Shown: positions 10,026 to 18,973, counted from the first letter of the stretch. The stretch: DNA of 64,000 bases from Phormidesmis sp. (GCA_965248535.1 CBDFJR010000005.1:64001-128000); one strand, 5' to 3'. A program made the numbers and translations. The notes: a model not told the origin generated them from the letters alone.

Positions 10026-10211
10026 TCACTTGAGTGGGCTGCGATCATGCATATCATTCACAACTTGAGTGCTAACAGCGCAGTTACTCGTGTTGATTAG
10101 ATCAATTGCGATCGATCGCTTTCTCATTTCTGCTTGTTGTCCTGTAACTGGATCAGCCAATAGGCGATACAGCCAGATATTAGAGTCGATAAAACATAGA
10201 GAGTCTGTCAT
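10026..10211 (-). pseudogene. Truncated PIN-domain (VapC-like) toxin
   Basis: FIDSNIWLY and VSTQVVN are PIN N-terminal motifs; ORF ends at 61 aa, about half a PIN domain. Confidence 0.75.
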
Positions 10212-10243
10212 TACTAGCGGTTCCTTCGGAGTTGCGCTTTGCG

Positions 10244-10459
10244 CTAATCGTGCATCTCATCACGGGTCATTGCTCGAATTCTGGGTACTGGAATCGGGTT
10301 TTGTGCGAGTTCATCCATAATGTCGGGTTGCGATCGCTTCTTAGGTTGTTTCGTCACAATAATTTTGACGGTTTGCACCTCTGCTACATCTTATTGATAT
10401 TCATTAGGAATAACGATTTCACCATTTTCAACTTTTGCCTGAAACTCTACTGTTGTCAT
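10244..10459 (-). pseudogene. Antitoxin-like small protein upstream of the PIN gene, with in-frame stop
   Basis: GGAG RBS then MTTVEFQAKVENGEIVIPNEYQ*DVAEVQTVKIIV...RAMTRDEMHD*; TAA at 10391-10393; 'xTRDExHD' ending is typical of PIN-associated antitoxins. Confidence 0.7.
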
Positions 10460-10488
10460 AACAATTCTCCAAAGTGCGTAGCCTCATT

Positions 10489-10640
10489 CTACAACTCCAT
10501 TTTGGCGAAGTGTTCTTGCAAGAGTTTGTGAATGAAGCGATAGCGACCGCCGATGCGCTGGAGAAACATTCGCTCTGTGGCGTAGTTTAGAGAGCGAACA
10601 ACTTCTCAGGGGATGTCATGGGAGAATTGCAAGTGACGTG
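10489..10640 (-). pseudogene. C-terminal fragment of a NACHT-NTPase/membrane protein
   Basis: Reads HDIP*EVVRSLNYATERMFLQRIGGRYRFIHKLLQEHFAKMEL*, matching the 'IPWNYARFLNYxxERLFLQRVGGRYRFIHxLLQEHFA' tail of cyanobacterial NACHT proteins; TGA at 10606-10608 replaces Trp. Confidence 0.7.
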
Positions 10641-10655
10641 AAGTGATCAATTTGA

Positions 10656-10975
10656 ATGGAGATTGAAGATATTATTGGAGCGATCGGGGCAGGCAAAATC
10701 GTTCCATCACGGCATAGTTTAAGGGCGGCGACAGAAGATGATTTGGTAATGGGTGAAGTGTACCTATCTGTCACAGAGAAAGGTGAAGTCATTGAAGATT
10801 ATCCTGATGCCTACCCGATGCCTGCCTGCTTGATTTTGGGGTTCAATACTTTAATACTATTGATGAGCCGATTCATTCGGTCTGGGGCTACGATGGAGTC
10901 AATCAAGTTGCTAGGCTGATTACGGTATATCGTCCTGACCCGAATCGCTGGATTAATTGGAGGATCAGAAAATGA
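10656..10975 (+). pseudogene. DUF4258-family toxin-like gene, frameshifted
   Basis: SRHS...GEVIEDYPDAYPMPACLILGFNT continues in another frame as IDEPIHSVWGYD...LITVYRPDPNRWINWRIRK*; an 8-bp near-duplication TTAATACT at 10851-10858 causes the shift. Confidence 0.8.
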
Positions 10976-11151
10976 CGCTGGAACAATTACAACAATGGGC
11001 ACAAGCGCAGATTGATAACTCTGCGGAACCGGAGGTTAGACCTGATATTGGGGTTTCTGTGTTGCAGTTAGTGGACGAACTTGAGCGATTGCACGATCGC
11101 GTTAGAGAGTTAGAAGCAAAGTTATCAACTTCTGTATTGTCTAAAACTTAA
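10972..11151 (+). CDS. Small coiled-coil protein coupled to DUF4258 gene (putative antitoxin)
   Basis: ATGA overlap with the restored DUF4258 stop; GGAGG upstream; 59 aa. Confidence 0.55.
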   Translation: MTLEQLQQWAQAQIDNSAEPEVRPDIGVSVLQLVDELERLHDRVRELEAKLSTSVLSKT

Positions 11152-11246
11152 TCTTTACTGAGCTTTGAAATAGTGTCTGTCTCGCGTCATAGATCGTGAT
11201 GGCTGATGATACGATTGCCTGCTTACGATCAAGATTTCGGCTGGTT

Positions 11247-11393
11247 TCAATTCTGAAATCCTGCGGCGATTTCTTGGTTGACACCTTCAATTCCACTGCC
11301 GATAGACTTCTTGGCGAGTTCTCCCGCTCCCGATTTGATGAATTCGTTGAATGCTAAGGCAGCGATCGTCACAGCAGTGATGGGTTCAGGCAT
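11247..11393 (-). pseudogene. Truncated small protein (MPEPITAVTIAALAFNEFIKSGAGELAKKS...)
   Basis: N-terminus resembles small cyanobacterial proteins often encoded before NACHT/TPR NTPases; stops after 48 codons. Confidence 0.45.
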
Positions 11394-11487
11394 GGGGCAA
11401 AAATTCTCTACGCTGCCTCTTTCATAGCCGACGATCGAGCTATTTTCTGGAAGAACCAAAGCGATCGAGGGCTTCCCCAATAGTGCC

Positions 11488-11512
11488 AAAAAAAAGGAGG
11501 CAACTTGCCCCC
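11488..11512 (-). terminator. Rho-independent terminator (probable original psaC terminator)
   Basis: Minus strand GGGGGCA-AGT-TGCCTCC followed by T8. Confidence 0.7.
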
Positions 11513-11530
11513 AGTTTTGAACCCACATGA

Positions 11531-11779
11531 GTCAACTGCCTTACCCACAAGAGGCGAGGCTTGCACTGCCAGTTTATCTAGCCATCTAGAAGTTAGAGCG
11601 CGATAGGCTGATTGACCGCAGCCCAGTGTTAAAGGAGTGAGCTTGTCACGAGTTCAACTATACTAAAAAATGGTCTGTTGTTCGGACAGACCATTGCGAA
11701 TCTGCGGGGCATTAAACCCAGAAGACCTTGTGCACCTATCCCTCCCAACCCACAAGAGATTGGGCTTCTTAGTGACACA
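11531..11779 (-). mobile_element. Non-autonomous IS200/IS605 (IS1341/TnpB-type) derivative with left end, tnpB 3' stub and right-end omega/reRNA
   Basis: Minus strand: TTTAT then TGTGTCACTAAGAAGCCCAATCTCTTGTGGGTTGGG (LE hairpin) ... TGGGCTGCGGTCAATCAGCCTATCGCGCTCTAA (WAAVNQPIAL*) ... CAAGCCTCGCCTCTTGTGGGTAAGGCAGTTGAC (RE hairpin). Both end hairpins share CTCTTGTGGGT; no target-site duplication. Confidence 0.75.
11665..11695 (-). terminator. Terminator-like hairpin inside the IS605-derived element
   Basis: Minus strand TGGTCTGT-CCGAACA-ACAGACCA followed by T6. Confidence 0.6.
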
Positions 11780-11808
11780 ATAAACCAGAGATTGCGTATA
11801 AGATTTGC

Positions 11809-12126
<318 letters not shown>

Positions 12127-12235
12127 TCACTGCACAACCTCAGAATCATTGCTTAGTGTACTTCACAGCGTGGCCGCACTCGTTTGGGCAGTTGCAAAAC
12201 TTTAAACTCTGCAACCTGGAGGGTGATGCTAGTTT

Positions 12236-13096
12236 TTAAGACCGCCTGAGTTGCTGAACTTGAGCGATCGTCAGCCCTGTCTTTTGAGCGATCGTGTCTA
12301 CATCTAGGAGACCAAGGAGCGATCGAGCAATTTCTAGACGCTCTTCTTGTCGTCCTTCTTGTCGTCCTTCCTGCCGCCCGTCCTGTTTGGCTTTAAGAAT
12401 GGCATTACGGTTGTCGTGCAAAACCATTTGTCGCTTCTCCAGCACTTCTAACTCCTTACGACTCAATCTGCTCTGCTTCGCGACTGTGAAGGCATGGTCG
12501 ATCGCCGCTACTTCTTTCATCTTGGGCGGCACCGACTCTAGCTGGTTGGCAGACCGCAGGAAATAGAGCCATTTGTCCACCAGAGTTTTGAGATCATCAA
12601 GCGTCTTTTTAAATTTGGGTAGCTCGACAAAGATCAGTTCAATATCATCGCTATAGTCTGTCAGGTCATCTTTTTCTTTGAGTCGATAGCGCGAGAGGAT
12701 ACGATCGTTGCCCGGAAACATCTCAAAATCTGTAATGGTCAAAGCAATGATCGGATTCAACAGCGTGTAGTCTTCACCAACCCCTAGCTGAATCGAGAAA
12801 GCCTTAGCAGCGTTATACAGCACTCGCTTTTCAAACCCTAAGACATTTAACACCTGCATCTCAATGATCACCGTTTTGCCATCAGAGAGCGTTGCTTTGA
12901 CATCTAAATATGAATCCTTGATTCCCTTAATCCGGGGAGCCTGATAGGGATCGAGAATGATCAGATCTTGAATCGTGTCTTGCTCTTCGTAAACAAGGGC
13001 GTTGAGAAAACTAATTAGGATGTCTTTGCTGTGCTTAGAGCCAAAGATTTTCTTGAAAGCGAAATCAGTTTTAGGATTAATGAAGACGCTCGGCAT
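12236..13096 (-). CDS. Rpn-family PD-(D/E)XK nuclease (recombination-promoting nuclease/putative transposase)
   Basis: INPKTDFAFKKIFG, LDVKA...IIEMQV, FVELPKF, C-terminal (Q/E)EGR repeats and EIARSLL...IAQKTGL. Confidence 0.9.
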   Translation of the reverse strand: MPSVFINPKTDFAFKKIFGSKHSKDILISFLNALVYEEQDTIQDLIILDPYQAPRIKGIKDSYLDVKATLSDGKTVIIEMQVLNVLGFEKRVLYNAAKAFSIQLGVGEDYTLLNPIIALTITDFEMFPGNDRILSRYRLKEKDDLTDYSDDIELIFVELPKFKKTLDDLKTLVDKWLYFLRSANQLESVPPKMKEVAAIDHAFTVAKQSRLSRKELEVLEKRQMVLHDNRNAILKAKQDGRQEGRQEGRQEERLEIARSLLGLLDVDTIAQKTGLTIAQVQQLRRS

Positions 13097-13143
13097 CGGT
13101 TTTAATCTCTGATGGCAACTTATCTCGATCGTATCTCAAGTTT

Positions 13144-14049
13144 TTAAAGTCCCAATTTTTCTAAAACGGGGCGCGTCGAGACAATGTGGCGATCGAGTCC
13201 CAACTCACTTGGCTTAACGCCTAGCGCTAATGCGACAAGCTGCGGCAAATGCAGCACGGGCAGCCCCAGTTTTTGGCCGATCACCTTTTCAACTTCGGGC
13301 TGACGAGAGTCGAGATTTAAGTGACAAAGGGGACACGGAGTGACAATACAATCGGCTCCGGCGGCGATCGCTTCTTGAATGTGCGTCCCCGCCATCTTAA
13401 AGGATTGCTCGGTGGCATAGCTCGAAAGCGGCCAACCGCAGCACTGAGTCCGACCGCGATAATAAATAGGTGTTGCGCCAACCGTTCGGAAGACGTTTTC
13501 CATCGACTCTGGCTTAAACGGGTCGTCATAGCGGATGTGATCTTGTCCGCGCAGTAAATAGCACCCGTAGAAAGCAGCGCAGTTCAAATTAGCAAGTTTG
13601 TGAGTGACCCGATCGGCGATCGCTTCCAGTCCATAGTCGGCGACGAGTGCCCAGAGCAGATGTTTGACATCCGTTGAGCCTTGATAAGGTGAACAGCCTT
13701 CTTTAGTGAGAAACCCATTCACCTGGTCGAGATAAGCCGGATCGTTGCTTTGAGCAGTTTTTAAGCGCTCATCTACATGACCGATCACGCCCTGACAGGT
13801 GCTGCAATGAGTTAACAACGGCAAATTTAGCTGCTCGGCTAAGGCAATATTGCGGGCGTTTACGGTGTCTTCGAGCAATTGCGAATCTTCTTTAAAGATG
13901 CCAGAGCCACAGCAAGACGCTTTTTTAAGCTCAACTAGCTCGATTCCGAGAGTCTTGGTCAGAGCTTTAGTCGATTGATCTAGCTCCCGGCACGCTCCTT
14001 GAGCAACACAACCGGGAAAGTAGGCGTATTTGAGCGTGGACGATCGCAT
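13144..14049 (-). CDS. hdrB: Heterodisulfide reductase subunit B-like CCG-domain protein (probable succinate dehydrogenase anchor subunit)
   Basis: YAYFPGC, SCCGSG, CSTC, FYGC, QCCGW, TPCPLCHLNLD: two CCG domains. Confidence 0.88.
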   Translation of the reverse strand: MRSSTLKYAYFPGCVAQGACRELDQSTKALTKTLGIELVELKKASCCGSGIFKEDSQLLEDTVNARNIALAEQLNLPLLTHCSTCQGVIGHVDERLKTAQSNDPAYLDQVNGFLTKEGCSPYQGSTDVKHLLWALVADYGLEAIADRVTHKLANLNCAAFYGCYLLRGQDHIRYDDPFKPESMENVFRTVGATPIYYRGRTQCCGWPLSSYATEQSFKMAGTHIQEAIAAGADCIVTPCPLCHLNLDSRQPEVEKVIGQKLGLPVLHLPQLVALALGVKPSELGLDRHIVSTRPVLEKLGL

Positions 14050-14155
14050 GGTTAGAATTCAAAAAAACATCATCAATCCCTGAGTCTGAGCAAAGTCACC
14101 CAAAACTCGCTATTCAAATGTATCATCGCTGATTTTTAGGCTTGAAAGAATCTTT

Positions 14156-15127
14156 TCATCGCTCATAGGCGGCTTCTCGCAGCCGCTCCACATCGCGCAT
14201 TGGGGGTGTCCCAAAGAGCCGCTTATACTCCCGGTTAAAGTGCGAAGCATCGTCATAGCCCACTCGGTAAGCAGCACTGGTCGCGTCAAGGTTTTCTGCC
14301 AGCATCAGACGACGAGCTTCTTGGAGCCGAAGTTGCTTCTGAAACTGCAAAGGACTCATGGCAGTGACCGACTTGAAGTGATGGTGAAAGCCCGAAACAC
14401 TCATTCCCAGATCTTTCGCGATGCTTTCAATCCGAAGTGGCTGGTTAAAGTCTTTGCGAAGTCGATCGACGGCTCTGGCAATGTGGTGAGTGTAGCCGCC
14501 CAAGACTGCAATCTGACGGAGCCGATCGCCCTGCTCTCCTAGCAAAAGTCGGTAAATGATTTCCCGGTTAATGAGGGGTGCGAGAACATGAGCTTCAGTA
14601 GGGGAATCTAGAAGCCTAACAAGCCGCACCACAGCATCCAACAGATTTGCATCTAACAGACTGATGTCGATCGCTTTGACATCAGCCCGGCTGCGCGATG
14701 AGGGATGCCCTGCCTCGACTATGACGGAGCCAACCAGAGTGGGGTCGAGATCGAGGCGAAGGCTCAGGTACGGTTGCGACGGGGACGCTTCTAGAATTTG
14801 GCTAACAATCGGCAGTTCGACCGTTGCCAGCAGATAGTGCATCGGGTCGTACTGATAGCGATCGTTGCCCAAAAGAACTTCTTTGCTGCCCTGAGCAATC
14901 ACACAAAAAGCAGGGACAGAGACCGCATGGCAGGGTTCTGAAGGCGAAGAGGAGCGGTTGAAGTGCAATCCTTTTAGCGGCTCGATTGTCCCATCATCAC
15001 AAATCGCTTGGGCAATCCGCTCCGTCAGTTCGTGTCGGTTGGCTAGCGCTCTGTCTGCCTCGCGTTTTGTCTGCGAGTCATTAGTTAAATCGAGATCGGA
15101 CGTTTCACTCAGTTTGGCAGCGCTCAT
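14156..15127 (-). CDS. AraC-family transcriptional regulator (YqhC-like)
   Basis: AraC_N (CVIAQGSKEV...ASPSQPYL) plus HTH (MSVSGFHHHFKSVTAMSPLQFQKQLRLQEARRLM...VGYDDASHFNREYKRLFG). Start taken at ATG 15127; ORF track extends to 15265. Confidence 0.9.
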   Translation of the reverse strand: MSAAKLSETSDLDLTNDSQTKREADRALANRHELTERIAQAICDDGTIEPLKGLHFNRSSSPSEPCHAVSVPAFCVIAQGSKEVLLGNDRYQYDPMHYLLATVELPIVSQILEASPSQPYLSLRLDLDPTLVGSVIVEAGHPSSRSRADVKAIDISLLDANLLDAVVRLVRLLDSPTEAHVLAPLINREIIYRLLLGEQGDRLRQIAVLGGYTHHIARAVDRLRKDFNQPLRIESIAKDLGMSVSGFHHHFKSVTAMSPLQFQKQLRLQEARRLMLAENLDATSAAYRVGYDDASHFNREYKRLFGTPPMRDVERLREAAYER

Positions 15128-15366
15128 CTCTAAGTTTGCAGGATTGTACAACAATTTTAGACGATCGTTATACTCCTTGTTTTTGAGAACTTTTAGGATA
15201 GAGACAAAGCAATCAAAAACGATGTCAGCTTCTTGTAAGCATCTTGGATTTTTAGACAAGATCAAAACCAGTGTTGACTAGGTAAGCGTCTCGCCAATTC
15301 ACCACCGGAACGACACCAAGATTAACGTTGCTTCTTAAAAGATTCCTACCCCTGGAGTATTAATTC

Positions 15367-16425
15367 ATGTATCACGCGAAAGCTTACTCTGCTGCTAGTG
15401 CGACATCACCAATGGCGGCTGACACGATCGAGCGACGCGATCTGACAGACCATGACGTGCAGATCGAAATCCTCTTTTGCGGCATTTGCCACTCTGATGT
15501 GCATTCGGTGCGCAACGAGTGGAGCAGCGTCATGCCGACGGTTTACCCGATCGTTCCCGGTCATGAGATTGTCGGTCGTGTCACTCAGGTCGGCTCGGCA
15601 GTGACGAAGTATAAGCCCGGTGATCTCGCTGGGGTCGGCTGCTTGGTCGATTCAGACGGCACCTGTCCCCAGTGCAAAGCGGATCTTGAGCAGTTTTGCC
15701 CAAACCTGACCCTCACCTTTAACTCCCCAGATAAGCACCTCGGAGGAGTCACCTATGGAGGCTACTCCGATAGTGTCGTTGTCGATGAACGCTTTGTGCT
15801 GCGCGTCCCTGACAACCTTGACCTCGCTGGAGTTGCACCGCTTCTGTGTGCTGGCATCACAACCTATTCGCCCCTGCGCCACCACGGGGTCACAAAGGGC
15901 AAGAAAGTGGGTGTGGTCGGTCTTGGCGGACTGGGACACATGGGCGTGAAGTTTGCTCATGCGTTCGGTGCCCATGTCGTCGTCTTCACCACGTCACCCG
16001 ACAAAAAGGAAGACGCGCTCCGTCTGGGTGCCGATGAAGTCGTCGTCTCCCGCAACCCCGACGAGATGCAGCAGCACACGGGCAGTTTTGACTTCATCCT
16101 CGATACCGTTTCTGCCAACCACGACCTCAACGCCTATCTCAACCTGCTTCGCCTCGACGGAAACATTACCTTGGTCGGCGCACCTGAGAAGCCTCTAGAG
16201 ATCGCGGCGTTTAGCCTGATCGCAGGTCGTCGCAATCTCTCTGGCTCTAGCATCGGCGGCATTGCCGAAACCCAGGAGATGCTCGATTTTTGCGGAGAAC
16301 ACAACATCACGGCCGATGTTGAAGTCATCCCCATCCAGAAGGTCAACGAAGCCTACGATCGACTGCTCAAGTCTGATGTGAAATATCGCTTCTCGATCGA
16401 TATGGCATCCCTCAAATCTGAATAA
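15367..16425 (+). CDS. Zn-dependent NAD(P)H alcohol dehydrogenase (cinnamyl-ADH/YahK family)
   Basis: CGICHSD, GHE, APLLCAGITTYSPL, GLGGLG, DVKYRF; GGAG RBS. Confidence 0.95.
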   Translation: MYHAKAYSAASATSPMAADTIERRDLTDHDVQIEILFCGICHSDVHSVRNEWSSVMPTVYPIVPGHEIVGRVTQVGSAVTKYKPGDLAGVGCLVDSDGTCPQCKADLEQFCPNLTLTFNSPDKHLGGVTYGGYSDSVVVDERFVLRVPDNLDLAGVAPLLCAGITTYSPLRHHGVTKGKKVGVVGLGGLGHMGVKFAHAFGAHVVVFTTSPDKKEDALRLGADEVVVSRNPDEMQQHTGSFDFILDTVSANHDLNAYLNLLRLDGNITLVGAPEKPLEIAAFSLIAGRRNLSGSSIGGIAETQEMLDFCGEHNITADVEVIPIQKVNEAYDRLLKSDVKYRFSIDMASLKSE

Positions 16426-16441
16426 CTCCAAAGGAGTCACC

Positions 16442-16773
16442 ATGCAAACGCGCAAACTTGGAAATAGTAAATGAGAAGTCTCGGCAGTCAGCTTCGCTGT
16501 GCTGAAGGCAACGGGCTTGGCTACATGGGCATGAGCTTTTCTTATGGCCCGCCCAAAGACACGCAGGAGATGACCGCGTGGCTGCTTGCCCAGAAACCGT
16601 GGATTATTCCGATCCCAGGCACCACAAAGCTCGATCGCTTGGACGAAAACATCGGGGCAGTCTCAGTCGAACTCACGCCCGACGATCTGCGTAACATTGA
16701 CAACGCCGCCTCACAGATCACCGTGCAGGGGGCTAGATACCCTGAAAAGCTAGAGCAAATGACGGGTCGCTGA
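16442..16773 (+). pseudogene. Aldo/keto reductase pseudogene (stop, small insertion, large internal deletion)
   Basis: MQTRKLGNSK*EVSA [insert] GLGYMGMSFSYGPPKDTQEMTA joined directly to C-terminal WLLAQKPWIIPIPGTTKLDRLDENIGA...GARYPE. Confidence 0.88.
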
Positions 16774-17143
16774 GGGGCAAAAAACGTGTTTTCTGGTCGC
16801 ATTTCTTGGAATCTGCTGATGCCCCATTAACTGCAAAGCAAAAACGAAGCACAGGCTGATTAGTTACAACCCCTGTAGGGTTAGCTTTTCAGCCTTAACG
16901 CTCAAAACTTTTCCGTTGCTAAAACTAAACCAACTCGATTCTAGATCGAGCCAGAATCAAAATTACTCACGAATTGCCTTGCACAGATCTAACGGATCGC
17001 GCTTTCAGATAAGATGAAAAAATGCTCAAAATCATGTCGTCTCTTAAAGTACGTGTGACACGTCTAAACGGCTGACATGAGGGGCGTAGAACCAGATTAG
17101 ACCTTAGCGAGAACGGTTGCTGCCGCAACGAGTGAGGAAGACT

Positions 17144-17395
17144 ATGAGCACAAATGAGATTTTCGAGAAAGTTCAAAAAATCGTCGCTGATCAATTGGGT
17201 GTAGAAACCAGTGCTGTGGTTCCTCAAGCCAGTTTTCAAAATGATCTGGGTGCAGACTCATTAGACACAGTTGAGTTGGTGATGGCGCTAGAAGAGGAAT
17301 TTGAAATTGAGATTCCTGACGAAGCCGCAGAAGAAATTTTGACGGTGCAATCGGCCGTAGACTATATCAACAACAAAGTTGCCGCTTCCGCTTAA
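17144..17395 (+). CDS. acpP: Acyl carrier protein
   Basis: [27 protein letters not shown] before ATG 17144. Confidence 0.98.
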   Translation: MSTNEIFEKVQKIVADQLGVETSAVVPQASFQNDLGADSLDTVELVMALEEEFEIEIPDEAAEEILTVQSAVDYINNKVAASA

Positions 17396-17509
17396 CAGAA
17401 ATTTGAGTGGAGACGATCGTGGAATGAGTTGCCCCTCTGCCGCGATCGTCTCCATTTGGAGTTCAAACCTTTTCTAATTTTGGGTGTTGAAACCCTCTGA
17501 ACCGACATC

Positions 17510-18763
17510 ATGACAAATCTTGTAAGTAAGCGCGTTGTTATCACAGGTCTGGGCGCGATTACCCCCATTGGCAACACCCTCTCTGACTATTGGGAGGGCT
17601 TAATCAGTGGGCGGAATGGCATCGCGCCGATCACGCTGTTTGACGCTTCTCGCCACGGCTGCCGCATTGCAGGCGAGGTGAAAGGCTTTGACCCCCACAA
17701 CTATATGGAGCGCAAAGAAGCCAAACGCATGGATCGGTTTGCTCAACTGGCCGTGGCAGCGAGTAAACAAGCGCTTGCAGATGCTCAGTTCACTATCAAC
17801 GATCTGAATGCAGAACAAGTTGGCGTGATGATTGGCACGGGCATCGGCGGGCTAAAAGTGCTCGAAGATCAGCAAGAAATTAATTTGACCAAGGGGCCCG
17901 ATCGCTGTAGCCCCTTCATGATTCCGATGATGATCGCCAATATGGCGGCAGGGCTGACCGCGATTCACACTGGGGCGAAGGGGCCCAATTCTTGTCCGGT
18001 GACGGCCTGCGCGGCTGGGTCAAACGCGATCGGAGATGCCTTTCGACTCGTGCAGCGCGGCTATGCTCAGGCGATGATCTGTGGTGGCACAGAAGCCGCC
18101 GTTACGCCGTTATCGGTCGCTGGGTTTGTTGCCTGCAAAGCTATGTCGAGCCGCAACGATGATCCAGCCCACGCCAGCCGACCCTTTGACAAAAATCGCG
18201 ACGGCTTTGTTTTGGGTGAAGGTGCCGGAATTTTGATTCTCGAAGAGCTAGAGCACGCCCTGAGTCGAGGAGCCAAAATCTACGCCGAGATGGTTGGCTA
18301 TGGCATGACCTGCGACGCTTATCACATCACCTCTCCGGTTCCTGGTGGCGAGGGGGCAGCGAGGGCCATTCAACTGGCGCTCAAAGATGGCGGTCTGACT
18401 CCCGAACAGGTGAGCTATATCAATGCTCACGGCACCAGCACCCCGATGAACGACTCGACCGAAACCGCCGCCATGAAAAAAGCGCTGGGTGAGCACGCTC
18501 ATAGAATTGCCGTCAGTTCGACTAAATCAATGACGGGGCATCTGCTCGGCGGATCGGGCGGCATTGAGGGAGTGGCGGCTGTGATGGCGATCGCTCACAA
18601 CAAAGTTCCGCCCACGATCAATTTAGAGAACCCTGACCCCGACTGTGACTTAGATTATGTCGCCAATCAAAGCCGCGAAATGCTGGTGGAGGTCGCCTTG
18701 TCAAACTCCTTTGGGTTTGGAGGACACAATGTGACATTGGCGTTTAGAAAATACGTTGACTAG
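17510..18763 (+). CDS. fabF: Beta-ketoacyl-ACP synthase II
   Basis: RVVITGLG, TACAAG, YINAHGTST, KSMTGHLLG, SNSFGFGGHN. Confidence 0.98.
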   Translation: MTNLVSKRVVITGLGAITPIGNTLSDYWEGLISGRNGIAPITLFDASRHGCRIAGEVKGFDPHNYMERKEAKRMDRFAQLAVAASKQALADAQFTINDLNAEQVGVMIGTGIGGLKVLEDQQEINLTKGPDRCSPFMIPMMIANMAAGLTAIHTGAKGPNSCPVTACAAGSNAIGDAFRLVQRGYAQAMICGGTEAAVTPLSVAGFVACKAMSSRNDDPAHASRPFDKNRDGFVLGEGAGILILEELEHALSRGAKIYAEMVGYGMTCDAYHITSPVPGGEGAARAIQLALKDGGLTPEQVSYINAHGTSTPMNDSTETAAMKKALGEHAHRIAVSSTKSMTGHLLGGSGGIEGVAAVMAIAHNKVPPTINLENPDPDCDLDYVANQSREMLVEVALSNSFGFGGHNVTLAFRKYVD

Positions 18764-18973
18764 TGCTTGTGTTATGCCCGCTTGTCTGAAATTATTAAGA
18801 AGTTGTGAGAAGTCGGCAGCTTCTAATAACTTTTGCTGATAGGTACAATTGCTTACCTCCACTATAGTAAGTAGAGAGTAGACGAGTCCCCCTCAGAAAA
18901 CCGTGCCACCTGAACTTTTTCTGCCTGTCATTTCTGCCTAGCCCGAAACCGTCCTTCATTACAAACACAGATC

